Shown here piece after piece: positions 17,163 to 20,155 of a DNA stretch of 20,155 bases. The stretch spans positions 1-20,155 of the forward strand of contig CAXBPH010000118.1 of assembly GCA_963977445.1 (NCBI GenBank), in the 5' to 3' direction. The DNA comes from an uncultured bacterium. Its GTDB lineage: Bacteria > Hydrogenedentota > Hydrogenedentia > Hydrogenedentales > JAEUWI01. Both the position numbers and the translations under genes were made by a program. The notes beneath the pieces are model-generated. The model was not told the DNA's origin. It ran no database searches and saw only the letters and a program-made list of their open reading frames with translations. How positions within the stretch are numbered: position 1 is the stretch's first letter; every line of letters begins with the position of its first letter.

Positions 17163-18113
17163 ATGTTCTTGAAACGATGCGCTTCTGTCTTAAGTGCAAT
17201 TTCACTCTCCCTACTCGGACTCGCGGGGTGTACCGTACAAGAGCCGGGTGACCTGTCCGCCAGCACACACGAAGGCCCCTTGAAAGTCACCTGCACCATT
17301 GGCATGATCGCCGATGTTGCGGCGGCCATTGGGGGGGACCACGTTGTCGTCACTGGCCTGATGGGACCCGGGGTTGATCCGCACCTCTACAAGGCAACTC
17401 AGGGTGATCTGGCCCGGCTCAAAGACGCCGATCTCATTCTCTACCATGGTCTCCATCTCGAGGGGCGGATGGCCGACGTGCTGGTCAAGCTGGCCCGGCT
17501 GGTGCCCACCTTCCAGGTAACAGACACCATTGATCATAGCCTCCTTCGGGAACCACCGGAATTTGCGGGCAACTATGATCCCCATGTCTGGTTTGATGTC
17601 TCCATGTGGCGGACCGCCGCCGAGCGAATCCATGTTATTCTGGTGGAAGCCATGCCCCTCCATAAAGTGGAATTGGATAAGCGCGCAGCCGCATACCTAA
17701 GTGAAATGGATGCCCTCCATGCCTATGCCAAAGAACGACTTTCCCAGATCCCCGAAGAAAATCGGGTCCTGGTTACGGCCCACGACGCCTTTGGGTATTT
17801 CGGGCGGGCCTATGGTCTGGAAGTACTCGGCATCCAGGGCATCAGCACCTCGTCGGAATATGGACTTCAGGATTTGAACACCCTCTTAAACACACTGGTT
17901 GAACGAAAAATTAAAGCCGTGTTCGTAGAGACTTCCGTATCCCATCGCTCTATTGAGGCACTCATCGAAGGGGCCCGATCGAGTGGTCACGAAGTGAAGC
18001 TGGGGGGGGAGTTGTACTCCGATGCCATGGGGGCTGCCGACTCACCTGAGGGCACCTATCTGGGCATGGTGCGGCACAATGTGGACACGATTGCGGAGGC
18101 CTTGGAAAAATGA
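17163..18113 (+). CDS. troA: Mn/Zn/Fe ABC transporter substrate-binding lipoprotein (TroA/MntA)
   Basis: Lipobox LAG|C; metal ligands in GVDPHLY, DPHVWFD, TAHDAF and LYSDAMG. Confidence 0.93.
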   Translation: MFLKRCASVLSAISLSLLGLAGCTVQEPGDLSASTHEGPLKVTCTIGMIADVAAAIGGDHVVVTGLMGPGVDPHLYKATQGDLARLKDADLILYHGLHLEGRMADVLVKLARLVPTFQVTDTIDHSLLREPPEFAGNYDPHVWFDVSMWRTAAERIHVILVEAMPLHKVELDKRAAAYLSEMDALHAYAKERLSQIPEENRVLVTAHDAFGYFGRAYGLEVLGIQGISTSSEYGLQDLNTLLNTLVERKIKAVFVETSVSHRSIEALIEGARSSGHEVKLGGELYSDAMGAADSPEGTYLGMVRHNVDTIAEALEK

Positions 18114-18895
18114 CAGCATCTCCCGTGAAACCGGTACCCATTGAGGTACACGACCTGACGGTGGCCTACCAGCATCGCCCCGTCCTCTGGGACATCGATC
18201 TAAGCTTTCCAGAAGGCGAATTAATAGGCATCGTCGGGCCCAATGGCGCAGGAAAGAGCACCCTTATCAAGGCAATCATGGGGCTGATTCCCTTGGCATC
18301 GGGCCATGTGAAGGTCTATGGACAGACCTCCCGCCATGCCCTTCGTGCCGTGGCCTATGTTCCCCAACGGGAGTCGGTGGATTGGGACTTCCCCACAACG
18401 GCCCTCGACGTGGTGCTCATGGGACGGTATGGACAGCTTTCTCTGTTTGGCCGACCGAAGAAGAAGGACCGTGAAATTGCCCTGCAAAGTTTAGAGAAAG
18501 TGGGGATGGCCGAATTTTCCAATCGCCAGATTAGTCAGCTTTCGGGCGGACAGCAGCAACGGGTATTCCTCGCACGGGCACTGGCCCAACAGACTCGAAT
18601 TTACCTGATGGATGAACCCTTCGCAGGCGTCGACGCGGCCACGGAGAAGACTATCGTCACGATACTCCGGGAGTTGCGGGAGGAGGGGAGCACCGTCATT
18701 GTTGTTCATCATGATTTGCACAGCGTGCCTGACTATTTTGACCATGTACTGTTGCTCAACCTTCGTACGGTTGCCTTTGGACCGGTAGAAACAACCTTTA
18801 CCGCAGAAAACCTCAACGCCACCTATGGGGGCCGCCTTCATCTCTTGAGCGAAGTGACCGAACGACTTCGTCAACGGGAATGGACCGCACGATGA
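18110..18895 (+). CDS. troB: Metal ABC transporter ATP-binding protein (TroB/MntB)
   Basis: Walker A GPNGAGKST, YVPQRESVDWDFP, signature LSGGQQQR, Walker B YLMDEP, H-loop VHHD. ATGA overlap with troA. Confidence 0.95.
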   Translation: MTASPVKPVPIEVHDLTVAYQHRPVLWDIDLSFPEGELIGIVGPNGAGKSTLIKAIMGLIPLASGHVKVYGQTSRHALRAVAYVPQRESVDWDFPTTALDVVLMGRYGQLSLFGRPKKKDREIALQSLEKVGMAEFSNRQISQLSGGQQQRVFLARALAQQTRIYLMDEPFAGVDAATEKTIVTILRELREEGSTVIVVHHDLHSVPDYFDHVLLLNLRTVAFGPVETTFTAENLNATYGGRLHLLSEVTERLRQREWTAR

Positions 18896-18938
18896 ACGGG
18901 CCATTTCGAAAGCCCGCTCCCTTGGTTTGGTGTTCATA

Positions 18939-20155
18939 ATGGCGACGGACGCAACATCAGCGGCACTGCCACCCTGGCTTGAATTCTTTACCTTCCCAAG
19001 CGTGAATGTGGTTCACGTCCTGCTGGGCTGTGTAATTCTCGGTATCAGCGCCGGTCTCCTGGGTTGCTTCGCCTTTCTTCGAAAGCGTTCGCTGCTGGGC
19101 GATGCCCTGTCCCATGCGGCCCTGCCGGGCGTATGTGTGGCCTTCATGCTCACCGGGACCAAGAATCCGGTGATCATTCTGTCCGGCGCTGTGGTTTCCT
19201 GTTGGCTTGGCGCCCTATCTATTGAATGGATCGTTAAATACACCCGCTGTAAAGAAGACAGTGCCCTGGGCATGGTTCTATCCGTGTTCTTCGGCCTTGG
19301 AATACTGCTGCTGACCCATATCCAGAAATCCGGTCACGCCGCCCAATCTGGCCTGGATAAGTTTCTTTTTGGTCAGGCCGCCTCCCTCGTAGAGCGGGAT
19401 TTATATATTCTGGGCGGCATGGGTATCTTGCTTTGTCTCATTGTGGTGATCGCGTTCAAGGAATTTAAAATCGTCTCCTTTGACCCCGACTTTGCTCGCG
19501 CGATCGGGCTACCGGTGCGGCTGGTCGAATTTACCTTGGCCACCCTGATTGTATTGGCCGTCTGTATTGGCCTGCAGGCCGTTGGGGTGGTACTCATGGC
19601 GGCCATGCTGGTTACGCCCGCCGCCGCAGCCCGATTCTGGACCGATAGTTTGTCGCGGATGCTGTGGCTGGCTACCCTGTTTGGTGGCCTCAGTGGCGCC
19701 ATTGGTGCCTACGTCAGTTATCTCAGCGTCAAGATGCCTACCGGGCCCTGGATGGTCGTTGCGGTGACCAGCATCTTTATCGTCTCGTTTCTGTTTGCGC
19801 CACAGCGGGGGGCCGTCGCGCGGATCAATCGTAACCACCGCTTCAGTCAGAAAACCGCCAAAGAAAACATCCTTCGCACCATGTATAAATTTGGTGAACA
19901 GAGCAAGGACTGGAGCAACGCAGTCTCCCTGAGTGAGTTGCTCCAGCACCGGGAGATGTCTCCCGCCAAGTTGCGACGCACGGTTCGGCGGCTTTTCGCG
20001 CTGGGATTTGTAGCCGAACCCAATCACGGACTATTTTCTCTGACCCTGGCGGGGCGGGAAGAAGCAGAGCGTGTAACCCGACTCCACCGATTGTGGGAGC
20101 TCTATCTCATGAAGAAACTCGAAATCGCCCCGGATCACGTCCATGACGACGCCGA
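18939..20155 (+). CDS. troC: Metal ABC permease (TroC/MntC) fused to a C-terminal DtxR-family repressor domain; truncated by the window end
   Basis: Not in the ORF track; translated by hand: MATDATSAALPPWLEFF...LRKRSLLGDALSHAALPG...FGQAA...FDPDFA...PAAAARFWT...PTGP, then ENILRTMY...LTLAGREEAERVTRLHRLWELYL...DHVHDDA. Same frame at both ends; start uncertain. Confidence 0.92.
   Translation, partial: MATDATSAALPPWLEFFTFPSVNVVHVLLGCVILGISAGLLGCFAFLRKRSLLGDALSHAALPGVCVAFMLTGTKNPVIILSGAVVSCWLGALSIEWIVKYTRCKEDSALGMVLSVFFGLGILLLTHIQKSGHAAQSGLDKFLFGQAASLVERDLYILGGMGILLCLIVVIAFKEFKIVSFDPDFARAIGLPVRLVEFTLATLIVLAVCIGLQAVGVVLMAAMLVTPAAAARFWTDSLSRMLWLATLFGGLSGAIGAYVSYLSVKMPTGPWMVVAVTSIFIVSFLFAPQRGAVARINRNHRFSQKTAKENILRTMYKFGEQSKDWSNAVSLSELLQHREMSPAKLRRTVRRLFALGFVAEPNHGLFSLTLAGREEAERVTRLHRLWELYLMKKLEIAPDHVHDDA

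Overview
Bacterial chromosomal window. The style of the DUF1559 prepilin-like gene suggests Candidatus Hydrogenedentota or a PVC-like lineage; this is inference only. The left ~8 kb looks accessory: a VWA-OmpA lipoprotein, a C-terminal gpmA remnant, a STAS/SEC14 (SpoIIAA-like) protein, and a coupled CheB-CheR-PAS fusion plus PAS hybrid histidine kinase. A ~790-bp intergenic region follows, holding two 126-bp, 92%-identical structured direct repeats and several copies of a GGGACTGT/ACAGTCCC REP-like core. The right part carries a secreted hypothetical protein, a DUF3109-like Cys-rich protein, a DUF1559/H-X9-DG prepilin-like protein, a ROK kinase, prepilin peptidase, class I mannose-6-phosphate isomerase, an ECF sigma/ZAS-FecR anti-sigma pair, and a Tro/Mnt metal ABC operon. 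Its permease is fused to a DtxR-family repressor (cut by the window end) and a candidate DtxR/MntR operator lies upstream. No integrase, transposase, CRISPR array, tRNA or rRNA was seen. No clearly new system is proven; the best leads are the repeat cluster at 7958-8568, the orphan CheBR-kinase module and the permease-repressor fusion with its operator.
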